From Rubripirellula sp. (lineage in GTDB: Bacteria > Planctomycetota > Planctomycetia > Pirellulales > Pirellulaceae): 64,000 bases of DNA. A model generated the notes under the pieces. That model saw nothing but the letters and a program-made list of their open reading frames with translations. It did no database searches and had not been told where the DNA came from. Made by a program: the position numbers and the translations under genes. The stretch is taken from contig OZ244207.1 in assembly GCA_965216875.1 (NCBI GenBank), forward strand, positions 5,760,001-5,824,000. Direction: 5' to 3'. Of this stretch, positions 38,152 to 47,457 are shown piece after piece (position 1 is the stretch's first letter; every line of letters begins with the position of its first letter).

Positions 38152-39546
38152 ATGAAACCAACATCCACCAAATTGGCCCTCCTTGCCCTTGCAATCTTGA
38201 TCTCGCCAGCCAACGTTTTCGGCCAGGAATCCAAGGCGAAACCACAAGACGCGACACAAACCGATACACCCGCCGAAGCGTTCAAGCTACCGGCAACAGA
38301 CGACGGGCTTGCCGGCGCCGGCACGATCCGACGTGCCAACTGGTTCCAGAACGTGTGGCGAAAACGCCGGCAAGCGTTCCTGGACAACCAAGACCAACAC
38401 AACGGTGGCATCGTTTTCTTGGGTGATTCGATCACGCAGGGTTGGAGCGACAACTTCCGAGACGACTTTGCCGATGCCAACGTCAGCGTTGCGAATCGTG
38501 GCATCAGTGGCGACACCACGCGGGGCATGCTGCTTCGATTGAAAGAAGATGTCCTAAGCCTGTCGCCTTCCACCGTGGTGATGTTGATGGGGACGAACGA
38601 TCTTGAAGAACGCGATGACCCCACAACGATCGCTGGCAATGTTGAATTGATTGTCGATGCGATCAAAGCCAACGATGCCAAGACACACATCGTTCTTTGC
38701 CAAGTCTTTCCTAGCAGCAGCACGAAGAGTCGTCCGGCCAGCGAGATCAAAGAACTCAACCGACTCTACCAGGCGCTTGCCAAGAACGATCCGGCAATCA
38801 CCGTCGTTGACACGTGGACCTTGTTTGCAAATGACAAAGGGGACGCCAAAAAAGAAGAGTTCCCCGATCTGCTGCACCCCAACCACCTCGGTTACGCAAA
38901 ATGGAAAGCCGCGATTCGACCTGTATTCGCAACGCTCGGCTTGACCGAAACCGACTCGGATGACTTTGAGATCGAAAGCGGTTACCGAAGCCTCTTCAAT
39001 GGCACTGATTTGTCAGGCTGGGGCTATCGCCCGACGAGCGAAAAAATGATTCGCGGTCGCAACCGCTGGCTCAACAACAATCCCAACGCGCCGGCTTGGC
39101 CGATCGTCAAGAAAGCCGTCAACTTCGACAACAAGGCGAGTTCGCCCGATGGACGTTACCGAGCCATCAATGGTCGTCTCGTTGTGACCACCCCGCCGGA
39201 AGGACGTAAGATCCAACAGCTTTGGACGACCGAAGAGTTCTCAGGCAACATGACACTCAAGCTCGAGTTCCGCGCCACGCCCAACGCGGACAGCGGCGTC
39301 TTTCTGCGTGAGCCGCAATTGCAATGCCGTGATTTCGTCCTCGCAGGTCCTTACAAAGACCTTAAAGAATACCGCCCACAAGATTGGAATGAATTAGTCG
39401 TTGTGATTCGCGATGGAAAAGCGCATTGCACCTGCAACGGCGAAGTCATTGAAGAGGCCTTCAACGTTCCTGAGTCGGGGCCAATCGGACTTGAAGGAGA
39501 CCGTGGGCAAATGGAATACCGCCGCATCCGTGTCAAACAAGACTAG
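38152..39546 (+). CDS. GDSL/SGNH esterase + DUF1080 fusion
   Basis: FLGDSIT, NRGISGD, GTND and DLLHPN; then LFNGTDLSGW, DSGVFLR, WN, GPIGLE and YRRIRVK. Confidence 0.88.
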   Translation: MKPTSTKLALLALAILISPANVFGQESKAKPQDATQTDTPAEAFKLPATDDGLAGAGTIRRANWFQNVWRKRRQAFLDNQDQHNGGIVFLGDSITQGWSDNFRDDFADANVSVANRGISGDTTRGMLLRLKEDVLSLSPSTVVMLMGTNDLEERDDPTTIAGNVELIVDAIKANDAKTHIVLCQVFPSSSTKSRPASEIKELNRLYQALAKNDPAITVVDTWTLFANDKGDAKKEEFPDLLHPNHLGYAKWKAAIRPVFATLGLTETDSDDFEIESGYRSLFNGTDLSGWGYRPTSEKMIRGRNRWLNNNPNAPAWPIVKKAVNFDNKASSPDGRYRAINGRLVVTTPPEGRKIQQLWTTEEFSGNMTLKLEFRATPNADSGVFLREPQLQCRDFVLAGPYKDLKEYRPQDWNELVVVIRDGKAHCTCNGEVIEEAFNVPESGPIGLEGDRGQMEYRRIRVKQD

Positions 39547-40079
39547 TGCTGTTGGCGGCACTCGAAACGTCAGGCGGACTCGGCCAGGACATCATGATTT
39601 GGTCCGTCCGCCTCGCTGTCGTTTGCTATTTGCTTCGTTTGGTTGGACTCGTCCGATGCTTGCCCGATCGCCAACCGACGACCTTTCAATTGACCGCCTG
39701 GTTGTTGGGCTGTGGGCTGTACATCCTGCATGTTGCGATGGCCTTTGAGGTCGTCCATGGCTGGAGCCACGGCGCCGCTGTTAGCCACACCGCGGAAGAG
39801 ACCTTTCGGGTGACCGGCATTCGTCGCGGTGAAGGGGTCTGGGTGAACTACCTCTTCACGCTGGTTTGGATCATCGATTGTGTCCGGCTCGCGAACGCGA
39901 AACTTCAATCCAAGCCGACATCACTCGCGATCGACGTCGCGATACAACTCTTCTTTGCGTTTATCGTCTTCAACGCCACGGTCGTTTTTGGCCCTGCGAT
40001 CTATCGTTACCTTGCGCTTCCCATCGGGATTGGGTTTGCGATCGCCGCACTTGCCCACAAGCACCGGCCAACGAATTAG
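39546..40079 (+). CDS. His-rich multi-TM hypothetical membrane protein
   Basis: Four to five TM helices; LHVAMAFEVVHGWSHGAAVSHTA; start overlaps the upstream stop. Confidence 0.7.
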   Translation: MLLAALETSGGLGQDIMIWSVRLAVVCYLLRLVGLVRCLPDRQPTTFQLTAWLLGCGLYILHVAMAFEVVHGWSHGAAVSHTAEETFRVTGIRRGEGVWVNYLFTLVWIIDCVRLANAKLQSKPTSLAIDVAIQLFFAFIVFNATVVFGPAIYRYLALPIGIGFAIAALAHKHRPTN

Positions 40080-40181
40080 AATCAAGTTTCCTTCCTGTGA
40101 TTCGAATTCAACCTCGAGCACACTCGGGATCCCACATCCCCACCCACCAAGCCAGTTTCTTCGGCAAGCGAGATTCGCGTC

Positions 40182-41573
40182 ATGGCTACCTGCTTTCGTG
40201 CTACCTTCTTTCGTGCTGCTTTCGCAGCAATGGTGATGGCACTTGCATTGGGCGCGTCGGCGTCCAATGCGGATCCTCCTGCTTCGATTGCGACCTTCGA
40301 CATCGACTGCACACCACCAGTCGGATTCATGATGGCGTACGATCGCGTCAAGCGGGTAGAAGAACTTGGTTTGCGTTGTCGCGGCATCGTGATCAGTGGA
40401 GCGGGCAAGCCGGTTGTTCTTTGCGCTGTCGATTGGATAGGGATTGGCAATGGCGCTCACGATGCCTTTCGCGACCGTATCGCCACTGCTGCTGGCACAA
40501 CACGAGAGCGTGTCGCGGTTCATACGCTTCACCAACATGATGCGCCGCGCTGCGATTTCACGGCCGAGCGATTGCTTCACCAAATAGGCGCCAGTGACTT
40601 GGGAGCGCACGATGGCTCGTTTGCACGCGAAGTCCTTGACCGGCTCGAAGAAGCAATCGGCGATTCGCTAGCGTCGTCTCGCACCATCACCCATGCCGGC
40701 ATCGGCACTGCAACCGTCGAAGGGGTCGCAAGCAATCGCCGAGTGCTTGGCGACGACGGAAAGGTGGTCGCAACTCGATACACCACCACGCGAGATCCAA
40801 AACTACGTGCACTTCCAGACGGCGTGATTGACCCGATCGTCAGTTCGCTGACTTTCTACAACCAAGACCAGCCGATCGCTGTCTTGACCTACTACGCGTG
40901 CCACCCGCAAAGCTACTACCGCACGGGTGTTCCCAGTCCCGACTTTCCTGGCATCGCTCGCATCATGCGTGGTCAAGATGTTCCCGACGTGTTGCACGTC
41001 CATTTCAATGGCGCTGGTGGAAACATCGGGGCGGGAAAGTACAACGACGGCAACAAGAAAAACCGGATGATTTTGGCAACACGATTGGCTGATGGAATGC
41101 GGCGTGCTTATGAATCGACGAAGCGATTCAAGGTCGACGCCGAGTCATTTGATTGGCAGGCGGTGCCGGTCGCCTTGCCACTTGGCAAACACCTTGATCG
41201 CGAAACGCTTGAAACCAACCTTACGAAGTGGAACTCAAAAGACTACTGGGGCAGCCCCGAACAACTCGCTTGGGTCATTCGCAGCGAGAGCGGGCACAAG
41301 ATTGACTTGGGCTGCTTGTCCGTTGGCGACGCGCGCGTGTTGCACCTACCAGGCGAACTGTTTGTCGAGTACCAACTCGCGGCTAAAGCGATGCGTCCCG
41401 ACCTGCAAGTGATGATGGCGGCTTACGGCGACTACGGCCCGGGCTACATCGGCACCGACATCGCTTACGGCCAAGGCGGCTATGAAACAAGCCAACCCGC
41501 ATCCAAGGTCGCTCCTGGTGTCGAAAAGGTCTTGATGGATGGCATGAAACAACTCCTGGAAGTGAAAGAATGA
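40182..41573 (+). CDS. Neutral/alkaline ceramidase-like exported hydrolase
   Basis: DCTPP, HTLHQHDAP, YACHP, GAGGNI, LPGELFVEYQL, GY; signal peptide. Confidence 0.72.
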   Translation: MATCFRATFFRAAFAAMVMALALGASASNADPPASIATFDIDCTPPVGFMMAYDRVKRVEELGLRCRGIVISGAGKPVVLCAVDWIGIGNGAHDAFRDRIATAAGTTRERVAVHTLHQHDAPRCDFTAERLLHQIGASDLGAHDGSFAREVLDRLEEAIGDSLASSRTITHAGIGTATVEGVASNRRVLGDDGKVVATRYTTTRDPKLRALPDGVIDPIVSSLTFYNQDQPIAVLTYYACHPQSYYRTGVPSPDFPGIARIMRGQDVPDVLHVHFNGAGGNIGAGKYNDGNKKNRMILATRLADGMRRAYESTKRFKVDAESFDWQAVPVALPLGKHLDRETLETNLTKWNSKDYWGSPEQLAWVIRSESGHKIDLGCLSVGDARVLHLPGELFVEYQLAAKAMRPDLQVMMAAYGDYGPGYIGTDIAYGQGGYETSQPASKVAPGVEKVLMDGMKQLLEVKE

Positions 41574-44521
41574 TGCGGGCACTCTCACTGGTCCTTACTC
41601 TGGCGACCGCTCCCCTTTTCGCGGAAGACTTTGCCGACCAACTCCCGCGCATTCCGGCGACCGAACCATCACAGACGCTCCAACACTTTTCGGTCGCCGA
41701 TGGATTCAAGCTCGAACTGGTTGCGTCCGAACCGCTTCTTTCCAGTCCCGTTGCCATCGAGTGGGCTGGCGATGGCCGCATGTTCGTGTGCGAGATGCGA
41801 GGCTACAGCGAAGATCAACAAGACAAGATCTCGTCCATCGGCCTGCTTCAAGACTCCGATGGCGACGGCGTTTATGACCGGCGCAGCGACTATGCGACCG
41901 GACTCTCTTGGCCAACGGCAATCTTCCCTTTTAATGGCGGCCTCTTTGTCGGCGACGCACCTGACTTGCTTTACCTCAAAGACACCGACGGGGATGATGT
42001 CGCCGACATCAAAACGGTTGTATTGACCGGTTTTGGCACTTCGAATGTCCAGGGACTCCTCAATTCGTTCCGCTGGGGATTGGACAATCGTATCCATATC
42101 GCGTGCAGCAGCGTTGGCGGAAAACTTCGTCGTCCCGATCAGCCACCGAGCGCCGCCATCGACATTCGCGGTCGTGATATCGCGTTGGACCCACTGACCT
42201 ACGAGTTTGAATTGACCTCGGGCGCCGCGCAACATGGCATGTGCTTTGACGATTGGGGTCGTAAGTACGTGTCGTCCAACAGCGATCACATCCAACAGGT
42301 CATGTATGAGGATCGCTACATCGCTCGCAACCGATTCTTTAGCTCTCCAGGGGCTCGAGTGTCGATTGCGTCCGACGGACCTCAGGCTGAAGTCTTTCGT
42401 ACCAGTCCTGTCGAACCGTGGCGCATCGTGCGAACGCGTTTACGTGTCGCTGGTAAAGTCCCCGGACCAGTCGAAGGTGGCGGACGCGCCGCCGGCTATT
42501 TCACCGGAGCGACAGGCGTCACGATCTACCGCGGCGACGCTTGGCCGCAAGAATGGAAAGGGACGGCGATCATCGGTGATGTCGGCAGTAACCTGATTCA
42601 TCGCAAACGCATCGACACCGGTGGTCTTGAACATGTCGCCAAACGCATCGACTTTGGCGAAGAATTTGTCTCTTCAAGTGACATCTGGTTTCGGCCTGCT
42701 CAATTTGCAAACGCGCCCGACGGATCTTTGCATGTCGTCGACGTTTGTCGGGAAGTGATCGAGCATCCCAAGAGCCTTCCGCCCGACATCAAACGACACC
42801 TTGATTTGACGGCCGGTCGCGACCGAGGTCGGATCTACAGGATCGTTCCCACGGAAACCAAACACCGCCAGACGCCAAACCTGCGTGTGGCAACGACTGA
42901 GCAATTGGTTGCGTTACTCGGGCATAAAAACGCTTGGCATCGAGAGACCGCGTCGCGACTTCTATTTCAACGCAAAGCCAGTGACGCCATCGCACCACTA
43001 CGACGACTGGTTGCGAATTCGCCGCGTCCCCTCGCGAGGCTTCACGCCTTGTGTTTGCTTGATGGGCTCGGCGGCTTGGATACCACAACCTTGCTCGCTG
43101 GGCTCGACGACAGTCACACCCAAATCCGCAGACACGCCATTCGTTTGGCAGAACCATTTACCAGTGACCAACGCATTGCTGCTGCCTACAAGTCGCTTGT
43201 TGAAGACGATTCGGTCGACGTGCGTTACCAGCTTGCTTTCTCGGCTGGCGAAATAGCCAATCGACCCGATCGAATCGCTGTGCTCGGCCGCCTTGTCGGG
43301 CGCGACTCGGCAAACCGTTGGATGCAGACTGCGATCCAAAGCTCGCTGACCAACGACGCTGGTGAGATGTTTGCCATGATCGCAGGCGGTCGAGAGCACG
43401 ACTCACTCGCGTCATACCAATTCCTCGAGCGGCTCGCTGGCCAGATCCTTGCCCAGCGCGATGTCGAACAGACTCGACAGGCCGTTTTGGTTCTTGAATC
43501 GATTCCATCCGCCAACGCCTCGATGATGCTGCCTGTCCTCGGGAAATTTGCCAACGCAAGAAAACGAGGCAATCCCATCCTGGCAAAATTGGATAGGAAC
43601 GGTGAGCTGACATCTCTCGACCAAGCGATCACCGACCGGGTCGCTGCAATGATGGCGGCTGCTAGTGATGAAGATCAATCGGCAGCCACACGTGCCGAGG
43701 CGGCCCTGTCTCTTACTTATGGCGAATACGGCCAAGTGGGATCAATGCTGATCGGGTTGCTTGATAGCCAGCATCCCAATCGTGTTCAACGTGCTGCGCT
43801 TCAGTCACTTGCAACCTTTGACAACGACGAAGTGGCCGAAGCCATGATCAAGGTCTGGAATGGATTGAGTCCCCAGCTGCAAGAGGTCGCGACGGAAGCC
43901 ATGTTCGCGCGTCCCAGCCGAACGCTTCGACTCTTTGACGCCGTCGATCGTGGAAAAATCTCGATGAGCAGTTTGCCGCTCGCGCGTCTGAAAATGGCTA
44001 CCAGCAGCGGCAACAAGGACGTGCAAAAACGGGCCTCGCAATACTTGAGCCAACAGGACGTTGGTGCACGCAGCAAGCTGATCGCCAAATACCAGCCAGC
44101 CCTCGATCAAAGAGGAAACGTCGACCGAGGCAAACAACTCTTTGCGAAGCACTGCTCGCAATGCCACAAAATCGGTGGCGTTGGCCACGAAATTGGCCCG
44201 AGCTTGGCAACCATCAAGGCCCGTGGACGCGAAACAATTCTGGTCAACGTTCTCGACCCCAACCGCGAGGTGAACCCTCAGTTTCTAAACTACATCGCTT
44301 TGACGGTAGACGGGCAATCGATCACGGGTATGATCGCCGCAGAGAGCGCCTCGAGCATTACTCTCAAACGTGCCGAGAACGAAAGCGACACCTTGTTGCG
44401 TGTCGATCTCGAAGCGATCAAAAACACGGGCATGTCGATCATGCCCGAAGGACTTGAAAAAGTTCTTGACCAACAAGCCATGGCCGACCTCATCGAGTAC
44501 TTGATGCAGGTTCAATCATGA
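41570..44521 (+). CDS. PVC-type heme-binding CxxCH protein (propeller dehydrogenase, HEAT repeats, cytochrome c)
   Basis: GFKLELVASEP..SPVAI; WFRP; GRIYRI; HEAT repeats; CSQCH..IGPSL; SIMPEGLE. ATGA overlap with the upstream gene. Confidence 0.9.
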   Translation: MMRALSLVLTLATAPLFAEDFADQLPRIPATEPSQTLQHFSVADGFKLELVASEPLLSSPVAIEWAGDGRMFVCEMRGYSEDQQDKISSIGLLQDSDGDGVYDRRSDYATGLSWPTAIFPFNGGLFVGDAPDLLYLKDTDGDDVADIKTVVLTGFGTSNVQGLLNSFRWGLDNRIHIACSSVGGKLRRPDQPPSAAIDIRGRDIALDPLTYEFELTSGAAQHGMCFDDWGRKYVSSNSDHIQQVMYEDRYIARNRFFSSPGARVSIASDGPQAEVFRTSPVEPWRIVRTRLRVAGKVPGPVEGGGRAAGYFTGATGVTIYRGDAWPQEWKGTAIIGDVGSNLIHRKRIDTGGLEHVAKRIDFGEEFVSSSDIWFRPAQFANAPDGSLHVVDVCREVIEHPKSLPPDIKRHLDLTAGRDRGRIYRIVPTETKHRQTPNLRVATTEQLVALLGHKNAWHRETASRLLFQRKASDAIAPLRRLVANSPRPLARLHALCLLDGLGGLDTTTLLAGLDDSHTQIRRHAIRLAEPFTSDQRIAAAYKSLVEDDSVDVRYQLAFSAGEIANRPDRIAVLGRLVGRDSANRWMQTAIQSSLTNDAGEMFAMIAGGREHDSLASYQFLERLAGQILAQRDVEQTRQAVLVLESIPSANASMMLPVLGKFANARKRGNPILAKLDRNGELTSLDQAITDRVAAMMAAASDEDQSAATRAEAALSLTYGEYGQVGSMLIGLLDSQHPNRVQRAALQSLATFDNDEVAEAMIKVWNGLSPQLQEVATEAMFARPSRTLRLFDAVDRGKISMSSLPLARLKMATSSGNKDVQKRASQYLSQQDVGARSKLIAKYQPALDQRGNVDRGKQLFAKHCSQCHKIGGVGHEIGPSLATIKARGRETILVNVLDPNREVNPQFLNYIALTVDGQSITGMIAAESASSITLKRAENESDTLLRVDLEAIKNTGMSIMPEGLEKVLDQQAMADLIEYLMQVQS

Positions 44522-44609
44522 CGCGGCCTCGTTTGGCATGATGTGACGCAGCATGCCACAAGCGACATTGCGACACGAGTCATGGCCCCCAGAGCGTGCA
44601 AAGAGTTCC

Positions 44610-45890
44610 GTGAAAATCGACTTACGATACGGACGCCAGAAACTTGGCGTTACCATCCCCGATGATGCCATCGCAACGGTGATTCGCAAGCCGACGATGC
44701 CATTGCTGGATGACCCGGGCACTGAATTACGATCGGCACTCGAATCTCCCATCGGTGCTTCGCCACTGAGCGAACTTGCTCAAGGCAAACGAACGGCTTG
44801 CATTGCGATTTGCGACATCACGCGTCCCGTTCCCAATCACCTCTTCCTACGCCCCATCATCGAGACGCTTCTCGGGGCTGGCGTTCCCAAATCGGGCATC
44901 ACGGTACTCGTGGCTACTGGACTTCATCGTCCCAATGAAGGAGATGAACTTCGCGAGCTCATCGGAGACGACTGGGTGCTTGAAAAAGTCGCCGTTGAAA
45001 ACCATTTTGCACGCAACGACGCAGACCACGTGCACCTTGGGAAGACGGCAACTCGAGGCACGGCCGTGCGCCTGGATCGCCGTTTCGCCGAAGCCGACAT
45101 CCGCATCGCCACAGGATTGGTCGAGCCACACTTCATGGCGGGCTATTCCGGTGGTCGCAAAATCATTGCCCCCGGTTTAGCGCATGCGGAAACGATCACG
45201 ACGTTCCATAGCGGCCGTTTCATGGCCGATCCAGCAGCCATCAACTGTAACTTCGTCGGCAACCCCCTTCACGAAGAACAGCTCGAGATCGTGCGCATGC
45301 TTGGCGGGGCTCTCGCCGTCAATACGGTGATCGACGAAGCACGTAACGTTTCACTCATTAACTTTGGCGAGATCATCGAGAGCCACCAGCATGCCGTTGA
45401 TTTCGTCCGCTCGTACTGCGAAGTTCCCGTCGACCAATCGTTCTCAACCGTTGTCACGTCGGCGGCGGGTTACCCACTCGACAAGACCTACTATCAAACG
45501 GTCAAGGGAATGGTCGGCGCGATGGACATCCTCGCTCCGGGTGGAAACCTGATCATCGCCTCGGAATGTAGCGAGGGCATGGGATCACCCGAGTACGTCC
45601 AAGCTCAACGACGTTTGATTGCCCAAGGCCCCGACCGATTCGCGGAATCGGTGTTGCAGAAACCGTACGCCGACATTGACGAGTGGCAAACGCAGATGCA
45701 ACTCAAGCCGATGCGAATTGGCAACGTCCATCTCTATTCAAGCGGACTCAGCGAGTCGGATCACCAGCTTACCGGCGTCAAACGTGTCGCCGATCTGAAC
45801 CGGACGATCGCAGATTCAGTGGCAGCGAGCGAAGATCGCCGCATCGCCATCATCCCCGAAGGTCCCTACGTCGTCCCAAGAGTAGCGTAG
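44610..45890 (+). CDS. larA: Nickel-pincer-dependent lactate racemase family protein
   Basis: DITRPVPN, ATGLHR, ENH, EPHFMAGYSGGRK, GYPLD..YQTVKG, IPEGPY. GTG start at 44610 (track 44553). Confidence 0.88.
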   Translation: MKIDLRYGRQKLGVTIPDDAIATVIRKPTMPLLDDPGTELRSALESPIGASPLSELAQGKRTACIAICDITRPVPNHLFLRPIIETLLGAGVPKSGITVLVATGLHRPNEGDELRELIGDDWVLEKVAVENHFARNDADHVHLGKTATRGTAVRLDRRFAEADIRIATGLVEPHFMAGYSGGRKIIAPGLAHAETITTFHSGRFMADPAAINCNFVGNPLHEEQLEIVRMLGGALAVNTVIDEARNVSLINFGEIIESHQHAVDFVRSYCEVPVDQSFSTVVTSAAGYPLDKTYYQTVKGMVGAMDILAPGGNLIIASECSEGMGSPEYVQAQRRLIAQGPDRFAESVLQKPYADIDEWQTQMQLKPMRIGNVHLYSSGLSESDHQLTGVKRVADLNRTIADSVAASEDRRIAIIPEGPYVVPRVA

Positions 45891-46231
45891 GTCATGCTGT
45901 GCATGACACACAGACACACTCTTGTTCCCACGCTCTTTGAATGTCGCCTTTCGCTCCGCGAAAGTAGCGTACGAAAAACGCAACTTTTGCGGAGCAAAAG
46001 GCGACGATGCGGGAACACGCTCCTTGCCGGCTGTGAGCCGTGACCGCGTAAGCGGCCGGGCCTTGCACCTTCTCGCGATACCGGCGGGCTCGACGTAGGT
46101 CATGCTGTGCATGACACGTCACCGATTGTCATGCGGAGCATGACCTACGAGGGACGCGGAGCGTCCGAGAGTGCGTTCCCACGGAGACCGTGGGCACGAG
46201 GAAGATTGTCATGCGGAGCATGACCTACGGA
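45887..46231. repeat. Nested multi-family REP/REPIN cluster (families A, D, F, G)
   Basis: Family A at 45887-45908(+), 46095-46116(+), 46125-46148(-) and 46202-46231(-). Family G at 45919-45935, 46009-46017 and 46152-46200. Family F at 45943-46005. Family D at 46033-46062. Confidence 0.88.
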
Positions 46232-46235
46232 TGGG

Positions 46236-47450
46236 CTATCGACAGCGATGCAACGTCATCAGCGCGAACGCTGTTCCGTAGGGTTGATGGTAGTCGTACA
46301 GCGGGTAGTCCCACCACGAACCATCCTTCTCCTGTCGGTCGAGCATTAACTTGGCCAACATTGCCTTGTAAGGATCGAGGTTCTCATCAGGCAACTGCTC
46401 TAAACTGATCGCCGCGTAATAGTGACCGTAGTAGTAGAAGTACCCAGCAACCTGCATCCACGCTTCGTGCGGCACCGGTCGCTTCCGACCGATATCGAGC
46501 CAACCGTTGCGAACGTAAAGGCGATACAACCAGTTCTTGACCACGTTGTCGGTGATCGTTTCATCACCCCACATCCTCAATGCTGCGTTACAACATTGGG
46601 TTCGTCCCAGACTTCCGCCGGGACGATTGATTCCACGCATCGGTTGGTACTTCAAGTACTCGCCGTACATGTAACTGAAATCAGGCTTGCGCTGTCGATT
46701 GATCGCCGCGATAGCACGTTTGACCGTTCGCTCAGGAGGTTCCACACCAATCTCTTTGGCTTCACCCATCGCGATCAGAATCGTACCGTTGACAAAGCTG
46801 ATCGAACTCGAGGTGGGTTGGTTTCCCTGGTAACGAAAATCGTAGTAGCCCCAACCCCCATCGACCGATTCGAAACGGTCGAGCATCTCGAATTGCAGTT
46901 TGATCAACTCGACGATCTTCGCTTGTCGCTCGGCATCGCCTTCGCTGCGTCGATGCATGCGCACGAGCGCCTGAATCGAATAGCCGTGCCCCCAAACGTT
47001 GTAAATCGCATCGCCGGTGGCGCGTCGCAAACGCGGCAACTGGTCGATCAACCAATCCTCGGCCCTGCGCAGCGGTTCGGCGGCATCCGGATCATTCTCT
47101 GCAACTTCGATCAAGGCCGAAATGCAAAGCGCCGTGGTCGCAGTACGAAACGCGTGATGTGCACCTGGAATCGGCGCGTAAATGTTGAGGTTCTTGGTCC
47201 GTGTGGCTGAGCCCCAGGACCCGTTTGCGTTCTGGTCCTCGATCAAGAACTTGACACCCCGCGCGATCGCCTCGTTCGTATCCGACATCGATAACGTTTC
47301 GATTTCGGGCAAATCGGGCGGGCGGCTAAAGTCGAGCGGGTCGTCCAGGATCCCCTGTCGACTCGACGCTTGCTGTGTTGCCTCCTCTTGCGCCCATGCG
47401 TTTTCAAACGCACAGACGGCAACGAGCAACGTCACACAAAGTAAACGCAT
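46236..47450 (-). CDS. Exported prenyltransferase/squalene-oxidase-repeat (alpha-alpha barrel) protein
   Basis: QW-like repeats DQNANGSWG, DGGWGY and RQEKDGSWW; YFYYYGHYY; signal peptide. Start uncertain (47450 or 47477). Confidence 0.8.
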   Translation of the reverse strand: MRLLCVTLLVAVCAFENAWAQEEATQQASSRQGILDDPLDFSRPPDLPEIETLSMSDTNEAIARGVKFLIEDQNANGSWGSATRTKNLNIYAPIPGAHHAFRTATTALCISALIEVAENDPDAAEPLRRAEDWLIDQLPRLRRATGDAIYNVWGHGYSIQALVRMHRRSEGDAERQAKIVELIKLQFEMLDRFESVDGGWGYYDFRYQGNQPTSSSISFVNGTILIAMGEAKEIGVEPPERTVKRAIAAINRQRKPDFSYMYGEYLKYQPMRGINRPGGSLGRTQCCNAALRMWGDETITDNVVKNWLYRLYVRNGWLDIGRKRPVPHEAWMQVAGYFYYYGHYYAAISLEQLPDENLDPYKAMLAKLMLDRQEKDGSWWDYPLYDYHQPYGTAFALMTLHRCR

Positions 47451-47457
47451 CACCAAC

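Noticed and set aside
45887..46231. Possible CRISPR array (repeated ~22-30-nt palindromes)
   Set aside because: Copies are in both orientations with irregular spacing, the intervening DNA is other repeats rather than unique spacers, and there are no cas genes. REP-like instead.
45816..46408. Small ORFs over intergenic repeats (e.g. RYFRGAKGD-containing; also 7702-7989, 21667-21852, 52431-52775)
   Set aside because: These are translations of palindromic repeat elements; the shared peptide strings reflect the DNA repeats.
46236..47450. Squalene-hopene cyclase or terpene biosynthetic cluster
   Set aside because: Too short, carries a signal peptide, lacks the DxDD motif, and has no terpene pathway genes nearby.
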